Positions 47,813 through 58,107 of a DNA stretch of 64,000 nucleotides are shown one piece after another. The stretch is from Dehalococcoidia bacterium (GTDB lineage: Bacteria; Chloroflexota; Dehalococcoidia; Lucifugimonadales; GCA-2712585). The stretch lies in NCBI GenBank assembly GCA_965238215.1, contig OZ250180.1:2052779-2116778 (forward strand), written 5' to 3'. The position numbers were made by a program, and so were the translations under genes. Position 1 is the first letter of the stretch. Each line of letters opens with the position of its first letter. A model generated the notes under the pieces. The model searched no databases. It was given only the letters and a program-made list of their open reading frames with translations, and was not told where the DNA came from.

Positions 47813-49510
47813 ATGATTGAAACGAGAGGGACAGCTCTATGGTTGGTGGGCCTCGTGCCCGTTCTTCTGATGTTGGCAACGGGATGCGGACCGTCTCAAG
47901 AGCCTGCCCCGTCCGCTACACCCACCGAACCCACGGCAACTGCTACACCCACCTCTGTGGCCACCGCCGCACCCACCACTGCGCCAAGCGCATCTCCGCC
48001 GTCGGCGACCCTTCCAGCGGGGGAATACGGAGGGCACATCGTGGCCCTGGCGAGGGCGGACGTAGAACATTTTGACGTTCATCAGGATGTTTCCGCCGCT
48101 CTGGCCGCGCGAGGGCCGGGTGTCGCCTATAGCCGTATGCTGCGCCTAAGGACGGGCGCAGAAGTGGACCAGCCCAGCCTGTTGCTGGAGTGCGACTTGT
48201 GCGAAAGTTGGGAGTTGGTTGGCCCCCTGACTTATGAGTTTCGGCTGAGGGACAACGTGCGCTGGCAGGACTTGCCGCCGGTGAACGGACGGAAGCTATC
48301 GGCCCAGGATGTGGTGTTCAGCTATGAGCGTCAGAGGACGGCGGATTGGCCAAATAGCCCGCTGCTGCTGGCTTTGGACACAGTGGAGGCGACGGACGAG
48401 CTAACGGTGAGGGTCGGGCTCAAGTTCTGGGACACGGAATTCCTTCTGGCGCTGGCGGACGGGCGGAGCAAGGTGGTTGCCCCGGAGGTGGTGATAGCTT
48501 CGGGCACCCTGGAGCCGGGACCCGTGGTAGGGACGGGCCCTTGGGTGTGGCTGCGGACGCTGGAGGGTGATGGCACCGAATTTGAGGCCAATCCTGATTA
48601 TTTTGAGGAAGGTCTGCCCTTTGCCGACCTGTTGACCTTCAAGGTTATAAAGGACCCGGAAACCCGGGTGGCCGCCTTCATCACGGGGCAGTTGGATGTC
48701 TACGACGTAGAGGCCGAGGAGTGGGAACTTCTTCAGTCGCGGGGCTTCTCCAGTCGGACTGTCGTATCCAAGGAGGGTGGTCTGGGCATGGCGCTGGCCA
48801 TGAATGCCGGACGACCGCCATTTGACGACCGGGACGTGCGGAAGGCCGTCTTCCAGTCTCTCGAACCGTGGGCGCACCTGGAGGGGACGTTGACCGACGA
48901 TGAGATGGTTGGCGCAGGAGTGCCGGTGGTGGAGGGGTCCTGGCTTCTGGACCGCGAAGTGACGCAGACCTTTTTCGATGGAGAGCCAAGCGTCAACGTT
49001 CAGGGGAAGGCCGTGGAGTTGGTGGTGGCGGATTTCGGCAACGAGCAGGTTGCGTTGCGAAGGGTGGTGGAGTCGGCCTTGAGGGAGGCAGGTTTCGTGT
49101 CGACGGTGACGGTGTTGAACCCGGTGGACTATAAGGAGCGGGTATGGCGAAAGCGGGACTATCAGATGTTCCTGGGGCCGACGCCTCCCGCTTCCGGCCC
49201 TAACGGGTATCTCTTCTCCGGCCTGCACAGCGGCGGTCAGTGGAACATCCTGGACCACGGCGACGGGGAGCTGGACCGGCTAATAGAATCTCAGCAGGAG
49301 TTTGGGTTCGACAGTCCTGAGCGGGGAGAGGCACTGCGGGAGGTACAGCGTCGGCTGTTGGGGGAAGCCTACGTGGTGACGCTAGGCGGAGGGGGCACGT
49401 TGTGGGTGATGCAGGACGCCGTCAGCGGGTTTCATCCTAACACGGCTTTGGCGGAGTATATCTTCTGGGCGAAGACGTGGCTGGGTGGTGGGCCGTCCCT
49501 GGGGGGATGA
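47813..49510 (+). CDS. ABC transporter substrate-binding lipoprotein, family 5 (Opp/Dpp-like), orphan
   Basis: LATGC lipobox, PT-rich linker, FRLRDNVRW, VGTGPW, PFDDRDVRKA. Confidence 0.9.
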   Translation: MIETRGTALWLVGLVPVLLMLATGCGPSQEPAPSATPTEPTATATPTSVATAAPTTAPSASPPSATLPAGEYGGHIVALARADVEHFDVHQDVSAALAARGPGVAYSRMLRLRTGAEVDQPSLLLECDLCESWELVGPLTYEFRLRDNVRWQDLPPVNGRKLSAQDVVFSYERQRTADWPNSPLLLALDTVEATDELTVRVGLKFWDTEFLLALADGRSKVVAPEVVIASGTLEPGPVVGTGPWVWLRTLEGDGTEFEANPDYFEEGLPFADLLTFKVIKDPETRVAAFITGQLDVYDVEAEEWELLQSRGFSSRTVVSKEGGLGMALAMNAGRPPFDDRDVRKAVFQSLEPWAHLEGTLTDDEMVGAGVPVVEGSWLLDREVTQTFFDGEPSVNVQGKAVELVVADFGNEQVALRRVVESALREAGFVSTVTVLNPVDYKERVWRKRDYQMFLGPTPPASGPNGYLFSGLHSGGQWNILDHGDGELDRLIESQQEFGFDSPERGEALREVQRRLLGEAYVVTLGGGGTLWVMQDAVSGFHPNTALAEYIFWAKTWLGGGPSLGG

Positions 49511-49530
49511 GGGAGTTGAGCGTAGGACAG

Positions 49531-50460
49531 CGAGATTCCTCGAGGGACTCGGAATGACATGGTGGGGAGACGTGGCTGGGCGGCGAGCCGTCCCTGGGGG
49601 GATGAGGCCGACGGGGGGTCGGGCGGTTTGCGAACCGTCCCTACGAGAGGGGCGAAGATGGGTCCCCGTATACGCGAGGACAACGGAAGGGGAGATTTCA
49701 CCCCCATCCCCCGTCTTCACGAGGGCAGGTTCTAGCCTTCCCCCCTGAAGGGGGAAGGGACAAGAGGGAGGGGAGTGGATTATTCGTTTGGACTCGTTTT
49801 GACTTTCGACTGGGTATCAGTTTGTGCCTAAAATGATTCGTTTCAGGCGTGGGACTCGTTTCAAAAAAAGTGGGCAAACGAGTGGGGGATCAGGGTTGTT
49901 CATGGAGGGATGGTACAGGGGAGGGGAATTTGTGGCAAGGGCATGTTGGCAAAGTGGGGGTTGTGGGGAGTGCTGGATTCCGGCTCGGAGGCCGGAATGA
50001 CGGAAGGGGAGCGGGATGAAGATGGGTCCCCGCCCCCCGTCCCCCGCCTTCGCGGGGGCAAGCTCTCGACGCGGGGACAAGGGAGGAGGGGATGAAAATA
50101 GACAAGGGGAGCGAGGGCGGGATTGAAACCCGCACCTACGGAATAGGTTGCAATATGGACGTCAACTGCACGTGAAGGGTCTATTTTCATAGTAATGACA
50201 TGGGGTGTGTGGGGATGAGGGAGTTGGGTCCCCGCCCCCCGCCTTCGCGGGGGCAAGCTCTCGACGCGGGGGCAAGGGAGGAGGGGATGGGGGTGGGCGG
50301 TTCTGCCCCTACGGGATGGGAATGTGGGGATGAGGAGGTAGAGTCAGCGACGAGATTCTTCGACTCCGCTCCGCTCCGCTCAGAATGACATGATGGCAAA
50401 GACGTGGCTGGGGGGCGAGGGGCGGGTTTCAAACCCGCCCCTACGGGATGGGAATGTGGG
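49531..50460. repeat. About 1 kb REP-dense spacer containing dispersed composite element copy 3 (49781-49938)
   Basis: Families A, B, C, D and TGTCATTC-type hairpins (49532, 49976, 50352); TTGCCA-17-TACCAT-6-ATG (49903). Confidence 0.85.
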
Positions 50461-50490
50461 GATGACGGATGGGGAAAGCATGGGGCGTGG

Positions 50491-50964
50491 TTACGGGGAG
50501 GGGGGCGCCTTGCTTCGATAGTCGGCGATGCCGTCGTCGAGGGTGGCCCAGGGGAGGAGGGCGCACTTGACGCGTATGGGAAACTGGCGGACGCCCCGCA
50601 GGGCCTCCATTTCGCCGATAAGGTCCAGTTCGTCGTCGGAAAGCTCTTTGCCCCGCAGCAGGCCCCGTAGGAGCTGAGAGAGCTCTTCGGCCTGGGCCAG
50701 GGTCTTGTCCTTCACCAGCATGGTCATGATGGACGCGGAGGCCTGGCTGATGGAGCATCCCTGTCCGCGGAAGGCGACGGACTCGACTTTGTGGTCGGCG
50801 TTCAGGTTCAAGCCAAGCACCACTTCGTCGCCGCAGAAGGGGTTGAAGCCGCGGGAAGAGACGTGAGGGTCGGGGATTTCGCCCTGGTTTCTGGGGTTGC
50901 GGTAGTGGTCGAGGATGACCTCCTGGTAGAGGTCGTCAAGCTGGTTGAAGGGAATTTCCTGCAT
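50491..50964 (-). CDS. sufU: SUF system NifU-family sulfur-transfer protein
   Basis: LYQEVILDHY, NPFCGD, GCSISQAS, RVKCALL. Confidence 0.94.
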   Translation of the reverse strand: MQEIPFNQLDDLYQEVILDHYRNPRNQGEIPDPHVSSRGFNPFCGDEVVLGLNLNADHKVESVAFRGQGCSISQASASIMTMLVKDKTLAQAEELSQLLRGLLRGKELSDDELDLIGEMEALRGVRQFPIRVKCALLPWATLDDGIADYRSKAPPSP

Positions 50965-50986
50965 GGCTGAGAGAGGTTAGGTAGGT

Positions 50987-52234
50987 TTAGCTGAGGGTCA
51001 GGCTCTTGCTGAAGTAGCGGAGCGCGTCTTTGAGGGTGGTCACCAGCAGGTCGACTTCATCCGTTGTGTTGTACACGTAGAAGCTGGCGCGGGCGGTGGC
51101 GGCCAATCCCAGCCTGTCTCGAACCAGGGGCATGGCGCAGTGATGGCCGGCGCGGATGGCGATGCCCGCCTGGTCGAGGATGGTTCCCAGGTCGTGGGGG
51201 TGAATATGGGGCGAGGAGAAGGAGATGATGCCGCCGCGCTGGGCCGGGTCGATGGTCCCGTAGAAGGTGAACTCCTCGGCCAGTTCTTTTAGAGCTTCCA
51301 GAGCGTACTGGGTGATTTCGGTCTCGTGCTGGTGCACCTCGTCCATGCCGAGGGCTTCCAGATAGTCAACGGCTGCGCCCAAGCCAATGGAGCCGGCGAT
51401 GTTGGGCGTTCCCGCCTCGAAGCGCATGGGCAGGTCGTTCCAAGTGGCGCTCTGGAAGGTCACCTCCTGGACCATCTCGCCGCCGGTCAGGAAGGGTTCC
51501 ATCTGCTCTAGGATCTCCGACTTGACATAAAGGCCGCCGATACCCGTAGGCCCCAGCATTTTGTGACTTGAGAAGGCGAGAAAGTCGCAGTCAAGGTCTA
51601 CTACGTCTACGGGCAAGTGGGGGACGCTCTGGGCGGCGTCAATGAGAACGTGCGCGCCGACGGCGTGGGCCTTCGCGGTGAGGTCTTTGACGGGGTTGAT
51701 GGTCCCCAGGACGTTGGACATGTGGGTCATGGCGACCAGCTTGGTCTGGTGGTTGATGAGGGCGTCCAGGTCGGAAAGGTCGAGGGTTCCCTCGTTGGTG
51801 ACGGGTATGAATCGAAGCGTGGCGCCTTTTGCCTTGGCCAACTGCTGCCAGGGCACGAGGTTGCTGTGGTGTTCCATTTCGGTGACGAGAATTTCGTCGC
51901 CGGCGTTCAGGTTGGCTGTGGCCCACGTGCCGGCCACCAGGTTTATGCCCTCGGTGGTGTTGCGGACGAAGATCAGGTTCTCGGATGAAGGTGCGCCGAT
52001 GAATCGAGCGACCTTCTCGCGGGCCTCCTCGTAGCGCTGGGTGGATTCCATGCTGAGGGCGTGGACGCCACGATGCACGTTGGAGTTGTAGCCTTCGTAG
52101 TAGTCCACGAGGGTTTGAATAACGGAGGTTGGCTTCTGGGAGGTGGCGGCGTTATCCAGGTAGACCAGGGGCTTGCCGTAGACAAGCTTGGATAGAATGG
52201 GGAAATCCTGTCTGATTTTCGCAGCGTCCAGCAT
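50987..52234 (-). CDS. sufS: Cysteine desulfurase SufS
   Basis: YLDNAATSQKP, SSHKMLGP, RAGHHCA. Confidence 0.96.
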   Translation of the reverse strand: MLDAAKIRQDFPILSKLVYGKPLVYLDNAATSQKPTSVIQTLVDYYEGYNSNVHRGVHALSMESTQRYEEAREKVARFIGAPSSENLIFVRNTTEGINLVAGTWATANLNAGDEILVTEMEHHSNLVPWQQLAKAKGATLRFIPVTNEGTLDLSDLDALINHQTKLVAMTHMSNVLGTINPVKDLTAKAHAVGAHVLIDAAQSVPHLPVDVVDLDCDFLAFSSHKMLGPTGIGGLYVKSEILEQMEPFLTGGEMVQEVTFQSATWNDLPMRFEAGTPNIAGSIGLGAAVDYLEALGMDEVHQHETEITQYALEALKELAEEFTFYGTIDPAQRGGIISFSSPHIHPHDLGTILDQAGIAIRAGHHCAMPLVRDRLGLAATARASFYVYNTTDEVDLLVTTLKDALRYFSKSLTLS

Positions 52235-52243
52235 CTTCGCTCC

Positions 52244-53575
52244 CTAAAGTTCCGGCAGCTTGGCTTCCACGAGGTTGTTGATGAGAGACTTCACGCTTGG
52301 GCAGGTCACGGCCTCTATGAGTTGATAGGCGAAGCCGCGAACGAGCAATCGGCGGGCCTCTTCCTGGCCGAGGCCGCGGCTCTGCAGATAGAAGAGGCTG
52401 TTCTCGTCTATCTGCCCGCTGGCGGCTCCGTGGCCACACTTGACGTCGTCGGCGTAGATCCAGAAGGCGGGCTTCACGTTGACCTGGGCCTGGTCGGAAA
52501 GGAGGAGGTTCTTGTCTTCCTGCCTGGCGTCTACCTTCTGGGCGTCCTTGCGGACGGTTATGCTGCCGTGGAAGGCGGCCCGGGCGCGCCCACCGAGGAT
52601 GCCCTTGTAGAGTTCGCGGCTGGTGGTGTGAGGCTTGGCGTGGTCGATGACCACCTGGTTGTCCACCTTCTGGGCACCGCCGGCGAGGTACAGCCCGTTA
52701 AGGGTACAACTGCTTTCGGGCGCGTCCATAAGGGCGGTCAGGTTGTTTCTTACCAGGTCGCCGCCCACGTCGAGGGTAGTCGACGAAAAGCGGGAGCCGG
52801 CCCCGAGAACGGCCTGAGTGGTGCCAACGTGGAAGCCCTTGTCACCGTGCCGTTGCAGCCGGTAATAGTCGAGGGAACTGTTGGCTTCCAGCACGAGTTC
52901 CGAAACTGCATTGCACAGGTATGGAATGCCGTCGGCGCCGGCGTAGGTTTCTACGATGGTCGCCTTGCTGCCGCGTCCGACTACGACAAGGGTGCGGGGC
53001 TGGGTGAGGGTGTGGCTTTCCACGCCGGAGGTGAGATATATCAGATGAAGGGGGTTCTCCAGGGAGGTGTCCGGCGGCAGCCGGAGGAAGGTCCCTTGGT
53101 GGAGGAAAGCGGTGTTGAGAGCAGTGAAGGCGTGGCTGCGATAGGGGGCGTGGCGGGCCAGATGCTCCCCAATCAGTGAGCCGTGGGACTCTAGCGCCTG
53201 GGCGAGGTTCGCGACGATTATGCCCCGGGGCAGTTGGGAAATGTCGGAAAGCTGAGGGGCGATGCGTCCGTCAACAAAGACGAGGCGGTTCCACGAAGGG
53301 TCTCCGAGGGAGTCAACGTGGACAGCGACGTTTGAGTCGAGGTCCGGATGAAGGGTGGGAATTCTGAAGCCGGCCCGAGCGATGGGACGCACGTCCGTAT
53401 ATTTCCACTCCTCGTTACCTCGCCGCGCAGTGGGGAAGCCGAGGGCCGTGAAGGCGTCCATGGCGTCTCTTCTGAGGGATTGGAGCCACTGAGGATGTAG
53501 TCCGTAACCGTCCTGTTCGAGGGACTCCAACGCCCGGAGATAGGGGGTTGCCTCAGGGGCGGCAATAGTGGTCAT
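52244..53575 (-). CDS. sufD: Fe-S assembly protein SufD
   Basis: EEWKYT, ADDVKCGHGA, FYLQSRG. Confidence 0.94.
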   Translation of the reverse strand: MTTIAAPEATPYLRALESLEQDGYGLHPQWLQSLRRDAMDAFTALGFPTARRGNEEWKYTDVRPIARAGFRIPTLHPDLDSNVAVHVDSLGDPSWNRLVFVDGRIAPQLSDISQLPRGIIVANLAQALESHGSLIGEHLARHAPYRSHAFTALNTAFLHQGTFLRLPPDTSLENPLHLIYLTSGVESHTLTQPRTLVVVGRGSKATIVETYAGADGIPYLCNAVSELVLEANSSLDYYRLQRHGDKGFHVGTTQAVLGAGSRFSSTTLDVGGDLVRNNLTALMDAPESSCTLNGLYLAGGAQKVDNQVVIDHAKPHTTSRELYKGILGGRARAAFHGSITVRKDAQKVDARQEDKNLLLSDQAQVNVKPAFWIYADDVKCGHGAASGQIDENSLFYLQSRGLGQEEARRLLVRGFAYQLIEAVTCPSVKSLINNLVEAKLPEL

Positions 53576-54360
53576 GGGCTGGCGGGCTGGGAAAGGGTAC
53601 TTTGCAACGAGCTTTCCGCGTCTTTCTCGTATCCGTCGTAGCCGTTGGCTTCAATTTCCAGGGCTAGCTCCTTGCCGCCGGACTTGACTATGCGGCCGTT
53701 GACCAGTACGTGCACCCTGTCGGGTACCACATGGTTGAGAATTCTCTGGTAGTGGGTTACCAGGAGGAGGGCGTTTTCAGGCGTGCGCAGCCCGATGATG
53801 CTCTGGGCAACGGAGCGCAGGGCGTCCACGTCCAAGCCGGAGTCCGGCTCGTCCAGGATGGCGAGCTTGGGTTCCAGGACGGCCATCTGAAGGATCTCGT
53901 TGCGCTTCTTCTCGCCGCCGGAAAAACCCTCGTTGACGGAGCGCCGGGTCATGAGCGGGTCCACATTGACGGTCTTGATGCGTCGGCGAAGGAGCCGGTC
54001 GAACTTCAAGGGGTCCAGTTCCTCCAGGCCCCTGCTCTTGTTGACGGCGTTGTATCCGGCGCGGAGGAACTGGTCAAGGCGAACGCCCGGCACCTCGATC
54101 GGGTGTTGGAAGGAGAGGAAGACGCCGGCCCGCGCCCTATCCTCCGGCATCATCTTCAGCAGGTCCTGCCCCTGGTAGAGGGCGGTGCCCTGGGTGACCA
54201 CGTAGCCGGGTTTGCCTGCAAGCACGAATGCCAGGGTGCTCTTGCCGGAGCCGTTGGGTCCCATGACGGCGTGCACCTCGCCGGCTTGCACGGAGAGGTT
54301 GACTCCCCTCAGGATGGGCGTATCGTTAACGGAGGCGTGGAGGTCTCGAATTTCCAGCAT
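53572..54360 (-). CDS. sufC: Fe-S assembly ATPase SufC
   Basis: GPNGSGKS, NEGFSGGEKKRNE. Confidence 0.96.
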   Translation of the reverse strand: MLEIRDLHASVNDTPILRGVNLSVQAGEVHAVMGPNGSGKSTLAFVLAGKPGYVVTQGTALYQGQDLLKMMPEDRARAGVFLSFQHPIEVPGVRLDQFLRAGYNAVNKSRGLEELDPLKFDRLLRRRIKTVNVDPLMTRRSVNEGFSGGEKKRNEILQMAVLEPKLAILDEPDSGLDVDALRSVAQSIIGLRTPENALLLVTHYQRILNHVVPDRVHVLVNGRIVKSGGKELALEIEANGYDGYEKDAESSLQSTLSQPASP

Positions 54361-54366
54361 TGGCTT

Positions 54367-55824
54367 CTACCCCACCGCTCCTTCCAGGTTCAACTCCAGC
54401 AATCGGGTGGCCTCGACGGCGAACTCGAAGGGGAGCTTCTGGAAGACCTCTTTACAGAATCCGTTGATGATGAGGGACTGGGCGTCTTCCATGGAGAGAC
54501 CCCGCTGGTTGCAGTAGAAGAGCATGTCTTCGTCCACCCGGGAGGTGAAGGCTTCATGCTCCAGGTGAGCGGTGTTGTTGCGAACTTCCACGTATGGGGT
54601 GGTGTGAGCGCCGCACTGGTCGCCGATGAGCAGGGAGTCGCACTGGGTGAAATTGCGGGCGTTGTCCGCCTTGGGCATTATGCGGACCAGGCCTCGGTAG
54701 GTGTTGCTGCCCTCGTTGGCGGAGATGCCCTTGGCGATTATCTTGCTGCGGGTGTTCTTGCCTATGTGGATCATCTTGGTGCCGGTGTCTGCCTGCTGGC
54801 GGCCCTTGGTCAAGGCCACGGAGTAGAACTCGCCGATGGAGTTGTCTCCCTGAAGGATGACGCTGGGGTACTTCCAGGTGATGGCGGAGCCGGTTTCCAC
54901 CTGGGTCCAGGATATCTTGGAGTTGGCGCCGGCGCACTTGCCCCGCTTGGTGACGAAGTTGTAGATGCCGCCTTTGCCGTTCCGGTCGCCGGGGTACCAG
55001 TTCTGGATGGTGGAATACTTAATCTCGGCGTCCTTGTGGGCTATGAGTTCCACGACGGCGGCGTGGAGCTGGTTTTCGTCCCGCATGGGGGCGCTGCACC
55101 CCTCCAGGTAGCTGACGTAGCTGCCTTCTTCGGCGATTATCAGGGTGCGTTCGAACTGGCCCGTTTCGGCGGTGTTGATGCGGAAGTAGGTGGTCAGCTC
55201 CAGGGGGCAGCGGACGCCCTTGGGTATGTAGCAGAAGGAGCCGTCGGAGAATACGGCGGCGTTGAGGGCGGCGTAGAAATTGTCGCTGTAGGGAACCACG
55301 GAGCCCAGGTATTTCTGTATGAGATCGGGGTGCTCCTGCAGGGCCTCTGAGAAGGAGCAGAAGACTATCCCGTGCTTGGACAACTCCTTGCGGAAGGTGG
55401 TGGCGATGGAAACGCTGTCGAAGATGGCGTCTACGGCCACGCCGGCCAGACGCTTCTGCTCTTCCAATGGGATGCCCAGCTTCTCATAGGTGCGGAGAAG
55501 CTCCGGGTCCACCTCGTCCAGGCTCTCGAGTTTCACCTTGGACTTGGGAGCGGAGTAGTAGATAATGTTCTGGTAGTCGATGGGCGGGTAGTGGACCTTG
55601 GCCCAGGTGGGGGTCTGCTCTTGGGCTCGCAGCTTTTCCCAGTGACGGAAGGCCTTGAGGCGCCATTGCAGCATGAACTCCGGCTCGTTTTTCTTGGCGG
55701 AGATCCAGCGGACGATGTCCTCGTTGAGACCCTTGGGGGCAACGTCCGCCTCGATGTCCGTGACGAAGCCGTACCGGTATTCCTGGGCGGCAATGGTGTT
55801 TAGTTCTCTGTTGGCGGTGGTCAT
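54367..55824 (-). CDS. sufB: Fe-S assembly protein SufB
   Basis: [27 protein letters not shown]; start ATG 55824. Confidence 0.96.
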   Translation of the reverse strand: MTTANRELNTIAAQEYRYGFVTDIEADVAPKGLNEDIVRWISAKKNEPEFMLQWRLKAFRHWEKLRAQEQTPTWAKVHYPPIDYQNIIYYSAPKSKVKLESLDEVDPELLRTYEKLGIPLEEQKRLAGVAVDAIFDSVSIATTFRKELSKHGIVFCSFSEALQEHPDLIQKYLGSVVPYSDNFYAALNAAVFSDGSFCYIPKGVRCPLELTTYFRINTAETGQFERTLIIAEEGSYVSYLEGCSAPMRDENQLHAAVVELIAHKDAEIKYSTIQNWYPGDRNGKGGIYNFVTKRGKCAGANSKISWTQVETGSAITWKYPSVILQGDNSIGEFYSVALTKGRQQADTGTKMIHIGKNTRSKIIAKGISANEGSNTYRGLVRIMPKADNARNFTQCDSLLIGDQCGAHTTPYVEVRNNTAHLEHEAFTSRVDEDMLFYCNQRGLSMEDAQSLIINGFCKEVFQKLPFEFAVEATRLLELNLEGAVG

Positions 55825-55926
55825 CTTCAAGCTCTCGGGATGACGTGGGTCAGAATGCCTGCAAAAGGGCCTGAAAATCAGGATGGGAGGAGGGGGGCAG
55901 TTGCCCTCCATAAAGCTTGCGAATTA

Positions 55927-55957
55927 ATAATTGTCGATACATTGACTAGACAATTAT
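55927..55957. promoter_or_regulatory. Putative operator upstream of sufB
   Basis: Perfect 9-bp inverted repeat ATAATTGTC-N13-GACAATTAT in an AT-rich patch. Confidence 0.6.
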
Positions 55958-55991
55958 CTAAGCCAAATGATTGCACATTTCGGGGATTCAG

Positions 55992-56990
55992 TCAAGGGGA
56001 AACGACTGCTGTAGTCGCTCGCCGTAACAAGACGTTGCTGGCTGCGAAGGCGGTGACCGCCTCCCGGGCCGTATAGCGGAACTTGTAGCCCGTTGCCCGC
56101 TTGAGTTTGCCGGTTGCCATGACTACGGGGTGGCGGACGAAATTCAGACCGTCGGAAGTGGATTCTTTCTGGACGCCGAATTTCCAGGCAACGTCCACCA
56201 CGGGGAAGGCGAAGGAGGATGGGAGGGCGACGAGGGGCTTCCCCATTATCCTGGCCAATTCGCTGTATGGGAGCACACCCTTGCCGGCCACGTTGAATAT
56301 GCCCGGCTGGGGATTGACGCTGAGAATGGCCAAGATACGGGCCAGGTCGACGCTGTGGATGATTTGCAGGGGAGGGTCAGAGCCGGCAATCTTCAGCAGG
56401 AGGGGCTTGTCGAATCCCTGGGTCACGCGACTGCTGCCTTCGGGCCCCATGACCATGCAGCACCGCAGTATGGTGACGGAGATGCGGGGATTTTCCTCGG
56501 CGAAGCTCAGCAGCAGCTTTTCGCTGAGAAGCTTGGTTTGGCCGTACTGAAAGCGGGATAATGGGCGAGGGTCACTCTCTTCGGTGATGGGTATGGGGTT
56601 ATCACTGTGGGCGCCATATACTGTATGGCTGCTGAGGTATATGACCCCCTTGACCCGGGCGCGGCGGCTCTCTCGCAGCAGGTTTTCCAGTCCGAGGAGG
56701 TTGTCTTTCTGAATGGCCTCAGCTTCCGACGGATTGCGCCCTTCCTGAAGGTTGAAGGCGAGATGAACCACGGTATCCACCGAGTCCCTCTGGAACACCG
56801 GCGCCAGGGGTTGGCTCACGTCCAGCCGGTGGGCGCGGACGTTGTGGAGAGGTTTGGGGAGGGGCTTGAGGTCTATGGCCACCAGCTTATCCAGGGTGTC
56901 CATGGCCTCTAATTCCTGCAGGAACCTGAAGCCGATGAATCCGGAGGCTCCGGTGACGGCCACCACGGAAGCGGGGGCGCCGGTAGTCAT
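55992..56990 (-). CDS. NAD-dependent epimerase/dehydratase (extended SDR)
   Basis: TGASGFIG, HLAF, SS..VYG, YGQTK. Confidence 0.9.
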   Translation of the reverse strand: MTTGAPASVVAVTGASGFIGFRFLQELEAMDTLDKLVAIDLKPLPKPLHNVRAHRLDVSQPLAPVFQRDSVDTVVHLAFNLQEGRNPSEAEAIQKDNLLGLENLLRESRRARVKGVIYLSSHTVYGAHSDNPIPITEESDPRPLSRFQYGQTKLLSEKLLLSFAEENPRISVTILRCCMVMGPEGSSRVTQGFDKPLLLKIAGSDPPLQIIHSVDLARILAILSVNPQPGIFNVAGKGVLPYSELARIMGKPLVALPSSFAFPVVDVAWKFGVQKESTSDGLNFVRHPVVMATGKLKRATGYKFRYTAREAVTAFAASNVLLRRATTAVVSP

Positions 56991-56991
56991 G

Positions 56992-57354
56992 TTAGACCTT
57001 GTCTACGAAGTCGAACTTGAGAACGCCAAGGCCGCCCACCTCGAAGGACATGCCGATGGTATGAGAACCTTCGCTCAGAGTAACGCCGTGGGCGGTAATG
57101 ACGGTGGCTTTATTGAGGGCCATGGCGAAGGGCCTGTCCTTGGTTACTTCCTGGAAGGAAACGACGTCATCTTCCAGGTGAAAGGCGCAGGACTCCAGGG
57201 GAAGCTCTCGGTCGTCTACGGTGAGGGGAAGGAGGCGGCGGGCCTGGCCGGAGCCCAGCTTGTTGAGAATCTGAAACTCCATTCCGGTATCGGTGTTGCG
57301 AAGGCTGCCCTTCACGTAGAGGCGACGAAGTATGAAGCTGGGAATGGATACCAT
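56992..57354 (-). CDS. Conserved hypothetical beta-rich protein
   Basis: 120 aa ORF after GAGGAG; LRRLYVKGSLRN motif. Confidence 0.75.
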   Translation of the reverse strand: MVSIPSFILRRLYVKGSLRNTDTGMEFQILNKLGSGQARRLLPLTVDDRELPLESCAFHLEDDVVSFQEVTKDRPFAMALNKATVITAHGVTLSEGSHTIGMSFEVGGLGVLKFDFVDKV

Positions 57355-57432
57355 CAGTTCAGTGCTCCTCGATCTCTACCCAGAGATAAGGCCAGGCAAA
57401 GGCCGCTATGGTAGACGATGAATCCCGTGTAA

Positions 57433-58107
57433 TTATCCATCTGCGCTCTCTGCGGCTCTTTTCATTCGGTATAGCTCCTTTTCCAGTTCGACAGTTTCCT
57501 CTGGCAGCGGGTGGGCGGCGCCCAGTAGGGTAGTATACAGGAAAATTTGGGCCAGACGCTCCACGAGCAGGCTGTTTTCCAGGGCCTCCTGAGGGGTCCT
57601 ACCGACGGTTATCAAACCGTGGTTGCGGAGCAGGACGGCCATGCTGTCATCCAGGGCAGTGAGGGCCTTTTCCGCCAATTCCTCTGTGCCGGGGAAGCCG
57701 TATTCCGCCACAGGAATGGGGCCGCCAATCTTGATGACAACCTCATCTATGAGAGGGGGTATTTCTCGTCCGGCCACTGCGGCAACGGTGGAGTAGATGG
57801 GGTGGGAGTGGACGACGCAGCCGACGTCGGGCCTGCCGCGATAGATGCCCAGGTGCAGCGCGGATTCGGAGGAGGGGGGGAGTTCTTCCTCCACGGGTTC
57901 GCCGAACATGTCGATTATGGACAGGCCGTGGGGGCCTAGGTCATCGAGGTTTGCCCCTCTCGCAGTAATGAGGACGAGATCGTCGGGGCAGGCGCGCAGC
58001 CTGAGACTGACGTTGCCGCTGGAGCCTGAGACGAGGCCCGCCGCGACCAGACGCCGGCAGATGCTACGCAGGGACTTGCGCTGAGATTGCCAATGGTGCA
58101 CGGTCAC
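57433..58107 (-). CDS. Class II aldolase/adducin family protein (FucA/MtnB-like)
   Basis: SGNVS, PSSE, HSHP, LRNHG. Confidence 0.92.
   Translation of the reverse strand: MTVHHWQSQRKSLRSICRRLVAAGLVSGSSGNVSLRLRACPDDLVLITARGANLDDLGPHGLSIIDMFGEPVEEELPPSSESALHLGIYRGRPDVGCVVHSHPIYSTVAAVAGREIPPLIDEVVIKIGGPIPVAEYGFPGTEELAEKALTALDDSMAVLLRNHGLITVGRTPQEALENSLLVERLAQIFLYTTLLGAAHPLPEETVELEKELYRMKRAAESADG

Noticed and set aside
49817..50432. Short ORFs in REP-rich spacers (also 3110-3625, 28980-29303, 45221-45607)
   Set aside because: Translations are read-throughs of palindromic repeats (e.g. RACPREDG, GGSRTAPT)
49510..50490. Repeat-dense spacer as a CRISPR array
   Set aside because: Repeats belong to several hairpin families with irregular spacing; no constant repeat-spacer period and no cas genes
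53710..55350. Long antisense ORFs (e.g. 749-2206, 15570-16592, 53710-55350)
   Set aside because: Shadow frames opposite well-supported GC-rich genes; no motifs
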